Made by a program: the position numbers and the translations under genes. A DNA stretch of 64,000 bases from Methanobacteriota archaeon (GTDB taxonomy: Archaea > Undinarchaeota > Undinarchaeia > Undinarchaeales > Undinarchaeaceae): NCBI GenBank assembly GCA_002687935.1, contig NZBN01000002.1:1-64000 (forward strand), given 5' to 3'. How positions within the stretch are numbered: the first letter of the stretch is position 1; each line of letters begins with the position of its first letter. The notes below the pieces were generated by a model. That model saw nothing but the letters and a program-made list of their open reading frames with translations, did not search any database and was not told where the DNA came from. Of this stretch, positions 9,335 to 18,476 are shown in pieces.

Positions 9335-9655
9335 TTAGTCAGAAGGCTCCTCAAGTGCCCATTCCTTGAGTTTTTCGTATTTGACTGCACCACAGAGGCC
9401 TTTCTTTGTCCTCAGGTTGTAGAAGTATGGAACTCCTCCACACTTTCCTTGGTCAAGCTCCTGTAAGTAAGCGGCATTCTGGGCATTGTGCCAGACCTCG
9501 ATTTTCTTTATTTTTACTCCTTCTTCTTTCTGAAGGCGTTCTGTCAAAGGGTCCATTTCGTGGCAGTGTGTACACTCGGTCCCATAGAAATCTAGAAGGT
9601 AGTCTTCGTCTCCTACCTGTGCATTTTCTTCTATATTCTCCTCTTTTTCAGCCAT
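9335..9655 (-). CDS. Thioredoxin-like protein
   Basis: CTHC active site, cis-Pro GVPYF. Confidence 0.8.
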   Translation of the reverse strand: MAEKEENIEENAQVGDEDYLLDFYGTECTHCHEMDPLTERLQKEEGVKIKKIEVWHNAQNAAYLQELDQGKCGGVPYFYNLRTKKGLCGAVKYEKLKEWALEEPSD

Positions 9656-9694
9656 AATATCACCTAAAGTCTATATTTTTCTAATCTATAAATA

Positions 9695-10639
9695 CTATAG
9701 TATTTTTGCAGATTCTCCGACAGAGCAGACTAAAATCTCCTTGACTCCATGCGTTTCCTTGAACTCTGATATGACTCGTTTTTCGTGTTCTTTGTAGGTA
9801 TTAAGGTAGGGTGTCGCTCCTGTGTCTATTGAATAGTAAATTGGAAATTCCTCTCTCAACTCTGTTGTTCTGTGCATTATTTCCGCTGTCGCGGCATTCC
9901 AGGCAAGAAGTCCTTCCCTCCCTGTCATCGTTACTGCGTGTAGGTTTCTTGTATCCTGTTCGGCGAGCTCCCATATTTTTTCGACTTCCTTATTTTTGAC
10001 GGCATTCCTCATCTGACTAAGTGTTTTTTCAATGTAGTCCAGCCTTGCTTTGAATAAAGGGGATGTCTCAACTTCTTCGTGAGCCTTTTCAGTTAAAGTT
10101 ATACTCTCCACTAAAGGAACTACAATACTCCAGTCTTTGAAATCTTCAGGACTTCCTATCTGTACAGAATAAGAGCCTGATTTATCTGTTATCCATTCTG
10201 AAATTCCGCCTGTAACTGCTCTGCAGGCTGAGCCTGAGCCAAGTCTTGCCGTTTCTGAGACAAGTTTCATATCATAGTTTGCTCCGGAGGCTTCGAAGGC
10301 AGCCAGAGCAAGTGTAGCAAATCCTGAGGAGCTCGAGCCAAGTCCGACTCCCTGTGGAAAGGAATTTTTGGAATGCACTATTGCCGTTTTATCGCTTCCG
10401 GCTATCTTTCTTACTTCGTCAAGAACAGTCTTTACCCTTTCAAAAGCTCTTCCTGAAATTAAATTTCCGTCTATCTCAATCTGGTCGTGCTCTCCGTCAT
10501 GAAATTCAACTGAAGTAGTGCTTTCAAGCGGTGCAGTGCAGACAGATATGCTTCCGTGATATGGTATTCTTTTTACAGAGTCTTTCAAACCGTGGTACTT
10601 TACCAATCCCTGCATTGGGTGCGCAGAAGCTCTTGCCAT
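9695..10639 (-). CDS. mvaD: (Di)phosphomevalonate decarboxylase, GHMP family
   Basis: AHPMQGLVKYHG, GLGSSSSG, RLGSGSACR, IDTG; ATG 10639 overlaps upstream stop (TAATG); track start 10678. Confidence 0.85.
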   Translation of the reverse strand: MARASAHPMQGLVKYHGLKDSVKRIPYHGSISVCTAPLESTTSVEFHDGEHDQIEIDGNLISGRAFERVKTVLDEVRKIAGSDKTAIVHSKNSFPQGVGLGSSSSGFATLALAAFEASGANYDMKLVSETARLGSGSACRAVTGGISEWITDKSGSYSVQIGSPEDFKDWSIVVPLVESITLTEKAHEEVETSPLFKARLDYIEKTLSQMRNAVKNKEVEKIWELAEQDTRNLHAVTMTGREGLLAWNAATAEIMHRTTELREEFPIYYSIDTGATPYLNTYKEHEKRVISEFKETHGVKEILVCSVGESAKIL

Positions 10640-10848
10640 TATAATATTCCAAGCCTGTGTAGAGATACTCCGACCCATATAACGTGGCCGATGTATATCA
10701 GTGCAAATAATTTGTTCAGAGGCACCTTGTCCAGGAGGTGATGCTTTGATTTCTTGTGAAATTTTCCTGCTGTGTGCGACATGACAAAATATACACTGCT
10801 GTCTAAAACAAAAATATAGTAGAGTATCGCTTCAAGTGTTAATGCCAT
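10639..10848 (-). CDS. Small two-TM membrane protein
   Basis: 69 aa, two hydrophobic segments; stop overlaps the mvaD start. Confidence 0.6.
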   Translation of the reverse strand: MALTLEAILYYIFVLDSSVYFVMSHTAGKFHKKSKHHLLDKVPLNKLFALIYIGHVIWVGVSLHRLGIL

Positions 10849-10897
10849 GACCGACTTTATGCATAAGTCTTAATAAGTTTGTCCCCCTAGGCTGGCT

Positions 10898-11653
10898 ATG
10901 AAGCTTTTGTCCTGGAATGTAAATGGCATCCGTGCATCCCTCAAAAAAGGCTTTCTCGACTTTGTGGAGAAAGAAAATCCGGATATTCTCTGTCTTCAGG
11001 AAACAAAGGCACATCCGGAGCAGGTGGATGAAATTCTTGATGACTATCATAAGTTCTGGAATTCAGCGGAGAAAAAAGGTTATTCTGGGACTGCAGTATT
11101 CTCAAAAGAAGAGCCCCTCTCTGTGACTAATGGAATTGGAATTGAGAAGCACGATAAAGAAGGGAGAGTAGTGAGCTGTGAATTTGATGATTATTTTCTG
11201 GTAAATGTCTATACTCCAAATGCCCAGAATGAACTTGCAAGAATTGATTACAGGGTGGACTGGGATAAAGCCTTTCTGAATTATATAAAAACACTTGAGA
11301 AAAGCAAGCCTGTAATTACTTGTGGTGATTTCAATGTGGCACATAAAGCAATTGACCTTGCAAGACCAAAGCAAAATGAGGGGAATGCCGGCTATTCTGA
11401 GCAGGAGAGGGCGGGCTTTGACGCCTACATAAATGCCGGCTTTGTAGATAGTTTCAGAATCTTTAATCAGGAGCCTGAGAACTACTCTTGGTGGAGTTAT
11501 AGAGCTATTGGAGCCAGAGACAGAAATGTCGGCTGGCGTATAGATTATTTTCTGGTTTCAGAAGGTCTTAAGGACAAAGTCAAAAGTGCATTTATTCTTA
11601 ACAAAGTAATGGGTTCAGATCACTGCCCTGTTGGTATAGAGCTCAAGTCTTAA
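10898..11653 (+). CDS. xth: Exodeoxyribonuclease III / AP endonuclease
   Basis: SWNVNG, LQETK, YTPN, GDFNVAH, WRIDY, SDHCP. Confidence 0.97.
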   Translation: MKLLSWNVNGIRASLKKGFLDFVEKENPDILCLQETKAHPEQVDEILDDYHKFWNSAEKKGYSGTAVFSKEEPLSVTNGIGIEKHDKEGRVVSCEFDDYFLVNVYTPNAQNELARIDYRVDWDKAFLNYIKTLEKSKPVITCGDFNVAHKAIDLARPKQNEGNAGYSEQERAGFDAYINAGFVDSFRIFNQEPENYSWWSYRAIGARDRNVGWRIDYFLVSEGLKDKVKSAFILNKVMGSDHCPVGIELKS

Positions 11654-11654
11654 C

Positions 11655-12560
11655 TTATTTCTTACTTTTCAAATATTTGTAAACGCTCTGGGCTGCTGTA
11701 GAACCTTCTGCGGCCGATGTTATGAATTGTTTCAAATTACTGTGCGTAGTCACGTCTCCTGCGGCGTAGAATCCTTCAAGATTTGTGGCCATCTGTTTGT
11801 CGACTTCAATAAATTTACGTTCATTTAGATTAATATTCAGGTCTTTTACAAGTTCAACAACAGGTTCTGCACCAATTTCTATGAAGAGTCCTCCAAGTTC
11901 CATACTTTCTCCATTATCTAACTTGACTCCTGTTAAAGTTTTGTCACCGATAATTTCGGTGACATTAACATTGTGAATTACTTTTACATTTTTTTCTTCA
12001 AGGGCGTAGACCTGTTCAGTGGTTATTGGCTCTGCCTTCAGCCTTTCACCGCGATAAAGAACGAAAACTTTCTCTGCAATTTCTGAAAGCAGTAATGTAC
12101 CAAGTCCTGCTGAATCTCCCCCACCTACAATTCCTACAACTTTGTCCTTAAAGAAATGGGCGTCGCAGGTGTAACAATAACTTACTCCCTTTCCTTGGAA
12201 TTCCTCTTCACCTGGTATTCCAAGTTTTCTGTGTTTCATCCCTGTGGCATAAATTACTGCTTTTCCTTCATACTCTGCTTTGTTCGTGGTGAGTTTAAAA
12301 CCGCCCTCAATCTTTTCTATTTTCTTTACACTTTCATTAATCAATGGAACCTCGTATTCCTTAACGTGCTTGATAAATTTCTGCATAAGTTCTATTCCGG
12401 AAATTCCAGGGTCGCCTATCCAGTTGTCAACCCGGTGGGCAATATTTCCTGTTCCGCCCATATCAGGGGCTATAAGTATTGTGTCAAGTTTGAATCGTGC
12501 AGCATAAAGCGAAGCTCCAAGTCCTGCCGCACCTCCTCCAATAACTATACAATCATGCAT
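11655..12560 (-). CDS. trxB: Thioredoxin-disulfide reductase
   Basis: GGGAAG, GVSYCYTCD, GGGDSA, FYAAGD. Confidence 0.9.
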   Translation of the reverse strand: MHDCIVIGGGAAGLGASLYAARFKLDTILIAPDMGGTGNIAHRVDNWIGDPGISGIELMQKFIKHVKEYEVPLINESVKKIEKIEGGFKLTTNKAEYEGKAVIYATGMKHRKLGIPGEEEFQGKGVSYCYTCDAHFFKDKVVGIVGGGDSAGLGTLLLSEIAEKVFVLYRGERLKAEPITTEQVYALEEKNVKVIHNVNVTEIIGDKTLTGVKLDNGESMELGGLFIEIGAEPVVELVKDLNINLNERKFIEVDKQMATNLEGFYAAGDVTTHSNLKQFITSAAEGSTAAQSVYKYLKSKK

Positions 12561-12605
12561 AAATGTGGTATATATTACTTCTATTTAAATTTAAAGACGG
12601 TTTGG

Positions 12606-12677
12606 CTATCGCTTTCTGTGCTTCGGTCTCTTCTTCTTGCCGACATTGCTTCCGTGTTTTGCTGGTCTTGCACCCAT
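12606..12677 (-). CDS. Basic micro-ORF (not in ORF track)
   Basis: MGARPAKHGSNVGKKKRPKHRKR*; ATG 6 nt after the gatE stop. Confidence 0.45.
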   Translation of the reverse strand: MGARPAKHGSNVGKKKRPKHRKR

Positions 12678-12683
12678 TGTAAT

Positions 12684-14567
12684 CTATTTATTCTGTCCCT
12701 TTCCTGTATTAAGCCTTTCTATCTCTTCCTTGAGAATTTTCATAATAATCTTTCCATCAGCCTTTCCGCGGACTTCCTTCATTACCAGTCCCATCAGTGG
12801 TTGAAGAGCACGTTCTTTTTGTTCTCTTATGAATTTCTCTTTCTTTTCCACTATCTTCCGTATCAGTTTTTCCAAATCCTTCTGGCTTATTGCCTTTACT
12901 CCTGTCTTTTTAATAAGAGAGTCAAGACTTTTGTCTGGTGTCCTGCTCCATGCTTCAAGAATTTTAGGGACTGCTTCTTTGCTGAATTTTCCTGCTGAAA
13001 GTGCATTGAAGAGTTCAGTATAGTGTCCTTCCTGGAGTATGAATTCTTCATCCAGTGATTTCACAGCATTTGTAAATGTGCTTGCTATAACGACAGGGTC
13101 TGCCTCGGTTTCCTTTGTCATTTGTTCGAACATTCTGAGGAAGTCACTTCTCTGTATTTTTTCTGCAAGATTTTGGGAAAGACAGTATTTTTTCTTGAGC
13201 TCTTTAACTCGTTCCTCTGGCATTGTTGGAAGATTTTTCTGCATTTCCTTAAGTAGACTTTTCTGTATTGCGCGTGGGGATAAATCTGTTTCAGGATACA
13301 TTCTTGCTGAGCCAGCTATCGGTCGCATATATGCGCTGTTTCCGTCAGGGAGGGCCTTCCTTGTTTCTCCTGGCAATTCATTGGCGGCAAGAAGTGCTCT
13401 GTCTGATGCGACACTTATACATTTTTTACAGTTTTCCTCCTCATCGGCTATAAGTATGAATGCGTCCGTTTCTCCTACTTCCAGTTTCTGTTTTATTTTA
13501 CTTACTTCTTCCTCGTTTATTCCGTAAGCTGGTAGCTCATCAGAGTGGAAGAGACCCCTTGCTCCATAGGCTTTTGCGTATTCTGAAAGCTCAGTTCCAA
13601 AACGCCGTCCTTCCTGGATTTCTCTGCCCAATATTCCGGCAAAGCCTGAAAGTCTTGCTCCAAATACTGCTCCTCCTGAATCGAGGGCTGTTCTAAGTAT
13701 TTTTGATTTAGTTTTCGCAAGTGTTTTTGAAAGATTTGTCGGCTTTCCGGCAGAAATCCTTATCTTTGAAAGTTCATCTTCTATTTTAAGAAGACTGGTC
13801 TGTCTCTGTATTTCACTTTCAGCGTATTTTGGAATTAAGTTCAGTTCCTGAACTCCTTTTATTTCTATCCGGGTACCGTTTTTTATTGATATATTGAGAT
13901 CCTGTCTGATTGTTCCTATTCCTCGCTTAACTTTCTTTGTTGCTCTTAACATTCCTCCAATCGTTTTTGCCACTTCTCTGGCCTCTTCCGGACTTCGTAT
14001 GTCAGGTTCTGTTGCTATTTCTATTAAAGGGACTCCGAGTCTGTCAAGATTATAGCTCACCTTTCCGTCTTCTTTTCCAACTATTCTGGCTGAATCTTCC
14101 TCAAGACATATTGTCTGTATCCTGATTCCACCTTCTGCGGTTTCCAGAAGTCCTCCTGTGGATACAAGTGAGGTTCTTTGAAATCCTGTTGTGTTTGAGC
14201 CGTCAATTACAGTCTTTCTCATTACATGGAGCTCATCCACTATTCTACTATCCAGAAGAAGGGACATCTGTAGCGCCGTTGATAGAGACTCTCTATCAAT
14301 TCTTTTTGGAGGCTCTTCGTCAAGCTCTACAAGGCAGTTTGAATCTTTGTAGAAATTATAACTGTATCTATTTCCGCGAACTTCAGCTTGCATTGCCGCT
14401 GCGTCAACCATTCCAAATTCTCCTGCCACTGCTCTAAGCGTTCTTTCTATGATATAGTCAGGGTCTTCATCCTGAGTTTCGCTTGGACATCTGCAAAAGA
14501 GCTTACCAGTATCTAATTGCTGGTGTATTTCAAGTCCTATTTTCAGCCCTAGCTTCTTGTAGTCCAT
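12684..14567 (-). CDS. gatE: Glu-tRNA(Gln) amidotransferase subunit E
   Basis: GLEIHQQL, KLFCRC, MRKTVIDGSNTTGFQRT, RGIGTIRQD, AspRS-like insertion, RMYPETD. Confidence 0.97.
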   Translation of the reverse strand: MDYKKLGLKIGLEIHQQLDTGKLFCRCPSETQDEDPDYIIERTLRAVAGEFGMVDAAAMQAEVRGNRYSYNFYKDSNCLVELDEEPPKRIDRESLSTALQMSLLLDSRIVDELHVMRKTVIDGSNTTGFQRTSLVSTGGLLETAEGGIRIQTICLEEDSARIVGKEDGKVSYNLDRLGVPLIEIATEPDIRSPEEAREVAKTIGGMLRATKKVKRGIGTIRQDLNISIKNGTRIEIKGVQELNLIPKYAESEIQRQTSLLKIEDELSKIRISAGKPTNLSKTLAKTKSKILRTALDSGGAVFGARLSGFAGILGREIQEGRRFGTELSEYAKAYGARGLFHSDELPAYGINEEEVSKIKQKLEVGETDAFILIADEEENCKKCISVASDRALLAANELPGETRKALPDGNSAYMRPIAGSARMYPETDLSPRAIQKSLLKEMQKNLPTMPEERVKELKKKYCLSQNLAEKIQRSDFLRMFEQMTKETEADPVVIASTFTNAVKSLDEEFILQEGHYTELFNALSAGKFSKEAVPKILEAWSRTPDKSLDSLIKKTGVKAISQKDLEKLIRKIVEKKEKFIREQKERALQPLMGLVMKEVRGKADGKIIMKILKEEIERLNTGKGQNK

Positions 14568-14597
14568 ATTTCGGTTTTCTTTTCTGCGTTTATTTAA

Positions 14598-15311
14598 TTA
14601 TCCTATTATTGCAAGCACCAATGCTATTGAAATAGGCTGGTGTATCAGATATATAAAAAGGGAGTTTCTTCCAAGAAATGAAAGGAATCTTATTGTTTTC
14701 CCTGTTGATAAATCCTGAATTTTGTACTGCCTTTCTCCTCTTTTATAGAGTGAATTTCCTATAAAGATTCCAAAAAGGACATAGCCAAACCAGGGGAAGA
14801 GGGGAAAGTAGTCAAAGGTATAAAAGTTTGCGGGAGCAATTCCAAGCCATAAGAGAGAGTAGGTCTGAACTCTTTGTTCCATTATTACAATCCCTGCAAA
14901 CAAGGCAAGTAATCCTACAACAAAGGCTGATTTTCTTCTTGCCAGGAATGGATAAGCAAGTATTATTGAAAGGCCGATGAAGTGCAGTATTCCGAAATAA
15001 ATAGTTCCTGCTGGAAGAAATATCCAGGTCACAGCAGTGATTAGAAGTCCCCAGCTGAATATTTTGAGGCCTCTTTTTGTGTAGTGCGTGAGGCTCCTCC
15101 TATTCCGGTTGTAGCTTAGTGTAAGGGAAATTCCTACAAGTACTATGAATGTTAGCGCTATTGATCGTGCGAAAATCCACCATCCACCCTGCCCTATTTT
15201 CCACCCCAGGCTTCCAAAGTAGTTAAGGTCGAACAAAAAATGAAAGATTATCATTGCACTTATTGCAATTCCCCTCAGAGCGTCAATCTCCCATAGGCGC
15301 GATGGTTTCAT
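14598..15311 (-). CDS. DUF1624 / heparan-alpha-glucosaminide N-acetyltransferase-like membrane protein
   Basis: RLWEIDALRGIAI..MIIFH, FGILHFIG, DYFPLFPW, LGRNSLFIYLIHQP. Confidence 0.85.
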   Translation of the reverse strand: MKPSRLWEIDALRGIAISAMIIFHFLFDLNYFGSLGWKIGQGGWWIFARSIALTFIVLVGISLTLSYNRNRRSLTHYTKRGLKIFSWGLLITAVTWIFLPAGTIYFGILHFIGLSIILAYPFLARRKSAFVVGLLALFAGIVIMEQRVQTYSLLWLGIAPANFYTFDYFPLFPWFGYVLFGIFIGNSLYKRGERQYKIQDLSTGKTIRFLSFLGRNSLFIYLIHQPISIALVLAIIG

Positions 15312-15584
15312 AATCTGTCTTGCATTAAAGGTATTTTAACAGTTTCTCTCTAAGTTCTTTGACATCTGCTTTGAACTTAGTCTTTTTAAGCGCACCACCT
15401 ATTGTGCTATCCGGGCATAGTATGAGCTGACAAAGAAAAAATTGAATAACTATACCCTCGGCTACCCAAGAGATTTAGATGAAAACGAGACGAGCAGTAT
15501 AACTAGACAAATGAATTCTTACTGGCTATTATTATCTTGTCTGCTCATTAAGGAATCTGTATAATTAGTGGTTTTTATATGTTT

Positions 15585-16889
15585 CTAATACAAAAAGCTG
15601 TCAGGCTGAATCCTGCCATTAAACTCACCTGTAATGTTCTCAAGCATCTTCTCCTCAACTTCGGAACGCTTGAAATTTCCTAAAGTCCAGGCAAGTTTTA
15701 CATAAGCTGTTTCTGGCAGCATATCCTTGAGGTAACTAACTCCTGCATTTTTTAAAAGCCTTCCAGCACTGTAAATCATTGAGTCTGTTGTTCCATAAAG
15801 TGTTTGAGTTGTCATTCCAACAAACATTCCGCTGTCAATTGCCTTTTCTACAGACTTTAACCAACTGTCCTTCTTGTCCAGTGGTTGAGTTGCAACGTGA
15901 CCGAATCCGGTTCCGGCTATTATAATTCCTTTGTATTTTTTGTCTATGTAGTGTTCAAGAATATCTGACCTTGCTCCAGGATAGGAATAAATCAGGGCAA
16001 CTTTTTCTTCCACCTTATCTAAGAGTTTCGGTTTTCCACTACTTCGTTCACTGTGCTGCGTTCCTGACATTACTATATTTCCATCAGGCCATATTTTTGC
16101 AATCGCTTCCTCATTTATAGGTCTGAAGGCGTCCCTCCGAGAGGAGTGCATTTTTCTGACCTTCGTTCCTCTGCTTGCTATACAATATTCGTCAGAACTT
16201 TCTCCGTGCATAACTATCGCTACTTCAGAAATGTCTGAAAGGCAGTAATGTGCTGCGCATAACATGTTCATCTGTCCGTCGAAACTTCCTCTGTCGGCTG
16301 ACCGTTGAGCACCTACAACTGCTACTGGTTTGTTTAAATCCTGTATCATAAACGAGAGTGCTGCAGAGGTATAATGAAGTGTGTCTGTTCCGTGCGTTAC
16401 TATTACACCCTCTTTATCTTTACCAAGTTCTTTGTAAACTTCCTTTGCCATTTTGGACCAGTCTTTATGGCCAATATCCTCACTAAGAAGGCTGAAAGGC
16501 TGTATTATATCATCTATCTGTACAATTTTTGCAAGTTTTGGCATTTCTGCCAGAAGTTCTTCTCCTGTTTTGAAGGGAGAAACACCTCCAGTTTTATAAT
16601 CAACTTTGGAGGTTATTGTTCCTCCAGTTGATACAAGAGAAAGTTTGGGAAGGCCCTTTCCTACTTTTACTCTTGTTTTCGGAGATTTAGTCTCCATGTT
16701 TTCTGGCAGTTTTTCAATCTTTGAAATATCTTTTTTTGAAATTCCTATGTTATAGCCTGAATTCAACTTAAGCACTATGTGTTCTTTGTCTGACAACTCG
16801 CTCCGCGGCATTAAAATGCCTTCGTAGCTGGCTTTCTTTGCTTTTATTTTAACCTTGTCGCCTATACTTGGCTGAGCCATATCCAACAT
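15585..16889 (-). CDS. gatD: Glu-tRNA(Gln) amidotransferase subunit D
   Basis: LKLNSGYNIG N-domain, TGGTITS, HGTDT, SQRS-like AQRSADR, RKMHSSRRDAF. Confidence 0.97.
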   Translation of the reverse strand: MLDMAQPSIGDKVKIKAKKASYEGILMPRSELSDKEHIVLKLNSGYNIGISKKDISKIEKLPENMETKSPKTRVKVGKGLPKLSLVSTGGTITSKVDYKTGGVSPFKTGEELLAEMPKLAKIVQIDDIIQPFSLLSEDIGHKDWSKMAKEVYKELGKDKEGVIVTHGTDTLHYTSAALSFMIQDLNKPVAVVGAQRSADRGSFDGQMNMLCAAHYCLSDISEVAIVMHGESSDEYCIASRGTKVRKMHSSRRDAFRPINEEAIAKIWPDGNIVMSGTQHSERSSGKPKLLDKVEEKVALIYSYPGARSDILEHYIDKKYKGIIIAGTGFGHVATQPLDKKDSWLKSVEKAIDSGMFVGMTTQTLYGTTDSMIYSAGRLLKNAGVSYLKDMLPETAYVKLAWTLGNFKRSEVEEKMLENITGEFNGRIQPDSFLY

Positions 16890-16919
16890 ATATTTAATCT
16901 CATTATATACTTATTGAGT

Positions 16920-17900
16920 ATGAATCTTGAACAGGAGATACGTTCTCGTGCTAAAAGAGTTGATACAGCCATTGAAGCGGTTCTTGAAGGAATCGGTGTG
17001 CAGCTTTCCGAGCCGATGAAGTATCACACACTTTCAGGAGGAAAGCGTGTCAGACCATTCCTTTGTCTCCTGTCTTGTGAGATTTCTGGAGGTAATTCAG
17101 ATAAAGCAGTTAACGCGGCAAGCGCTCTTGAACTTGCACATTCCTTTACTTTGGTTCACGATGATATAATGGATGAGGACGACTTGCGCCGTGGCAGGGA
17201 AAGTCTCTGGAAAAAATACGGAACTTCAATTGCAATAAATACCGGGGACGGTCTTTTTTCTCTTTCATATGGTGAAATTCTGAAAACTGATGCAGATTCT
17301 GAAATCTTGCTACGTATAACGAAAGAATTTTCGAAAAGTATTATCAAAATGTGTGAAGGACAGTCTCTTGACTTGGATTTCGAAATCCGTGAAACTGTTT
17401 CCTTTGAGGAGTATATTGAAATGTCGGCTCTAAAAACTGGAGCCTTTCTTGAGGCTTCAGTCACAATCGGAGCTGTTCTTGGAGGAGCTTCAGATGCCCA
17501 GTTGGAGGCTCTTTCAAAATATTCAAAAAACTGGGGGCTTGCCTTCCAGCTCTGGGATGATTTTATAGATTTTTCTTCGGATTCTACAGGCAAAACTAAA
17601 AATTCTGATATCAAAAGAGGCAAGAAAACAAGTATCGTATGCCATGCTCTTTCAAATTTAGAGCTTGAAGACAAAAAAAGACTTCTTGAAATATTAAATA
17701 CTTCTTCAAATGAAACTTCAGATGATTCTGTTTCGGAAGCTGTTTCTCTCCTTGAAAAAAGCTCTTCAATAAAGTTCGTGAAGGAAAAGGCGGAAGCATT
17801 TCTAAGTGAGGCTAAATCTGCATTAGACATTTTTCCAGATTCGGAAGCTAAAAATATCCTTCTTGAATTTGCTGACTACTGCATAAAGAGAAAGCTCTGA
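16920..17900 (+). CDS. idsA: Geranylgeranyl diphosphate synthase (short-chain prenyltransferase)
   Basis: GGKRVRP, HDDIMDEDDLRRG, GQSLD, KTG, FQLWDD; track start TTG 16914. Confidence 0.92.
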   Translation: MNLEQEIRSRAKRVDTAIEAVLEGIGVQLSEPMKYHTLSGGKRVRPFLCLLSCEISGGNSDKAVNAASALELAHSFTLVHDDIMDEDDLRRGRESLWKKYGTSIAINTGDGLFSLSYGEILKTDADSEILLRITKEFSKSIIKMCEGQSLDLDFEIRETVSFEEYIEMSALKTGAFLEASVTIGAVLGGASDAQLEALSKYSKNWGLAFQLWDDFIDFSSDSTGKTKNSDIKRGKKTSIVCHALSNLELEDKKRLLEILNTSSNETSDDSVSEAVSLLEKSSSIKFVKEKAEAFLSEAKSALDIFPDSEAKNILLEFADYCIKRKL

Positions 17901-18421
17901 TTTCTTGCTTTCAGAGCAAGTGCTGCTGAAAACATCAGAAATCCACTTCCAATCATCATTTTTCCAAGCTTCTTATTTAATATCCCTCCAATTTCTGACG
18001 GACTCCCTGTTGTCTGATTTATTACAATCTCTTCACTTTCATTTTCAAAGCTCTCCCCCACTTCAGTTTCGAAATCAAAATTCTCAGTTTCTGAGAGAGA
18101 AACAAGTATCAAATTTTCTCCATCAACTAATTCAATCAAATTTACTTCTATGGAAAAAACAAGTGTGGAGTGGCTTCCTTCATCGCTGGCGAGAATTGCT
18201 ATGGAATGCAGTCCTCTTCCTGAGGCATTTACAGTAAGCCTCGTTCCATTTAAAGAATATTTCAGAGGGCTTGCAACTACAAATGAAACGTCCCTGGAAA
18301 ATCGTCCTGTTGAGTTCAAATCTATTTCAATTGCATCCCCTTGGGCTATCGAAAAATCTGCGGCTAGTGCTGGACTGCTTATTAGTGCAAGAGCTGCTAA
18401 AGTGAAAATCGGCCATCTCAT
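17876..18421 (-). CDS. Secreted/membrane-anchored hypothetical protein
   Basis: N-terminal signal peptide, beta-rich core, several N-x-S/T sequons, C-terminal hydrophobic anchor. Confidence 0.6.
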   Translation of the reverse strand: MRWPIFTLAALALISSPALAADFSIAQGDAIEIDLNSTGRFSRDVSFVVASPLKYSLNGTRLTVNASGRGLHSIAILASDEGSHSTLVFSIEVNLIELVDGENLILVSLSETENFDFETEVGESFENESEEIVINQTTGSPSEIGGILNKKLGKMMIGSGFLMFSAALALKARNQSFLFMQ

Positions 18422-18476
18422 AAACCTGCTCTTGGCTGAGCACTTAAAAATATTGTTTAACTTTCAGAGTTTATAA

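Noticed and set aside
12156-12998. 280-aa plus-strand ORF
   Set aside because: Antisense shadow of trxB and gatE with no motif.
17156-17830. 224-aa minus-strand ORF
   Set aside because: Ser-rich antisense shadow of idsA.
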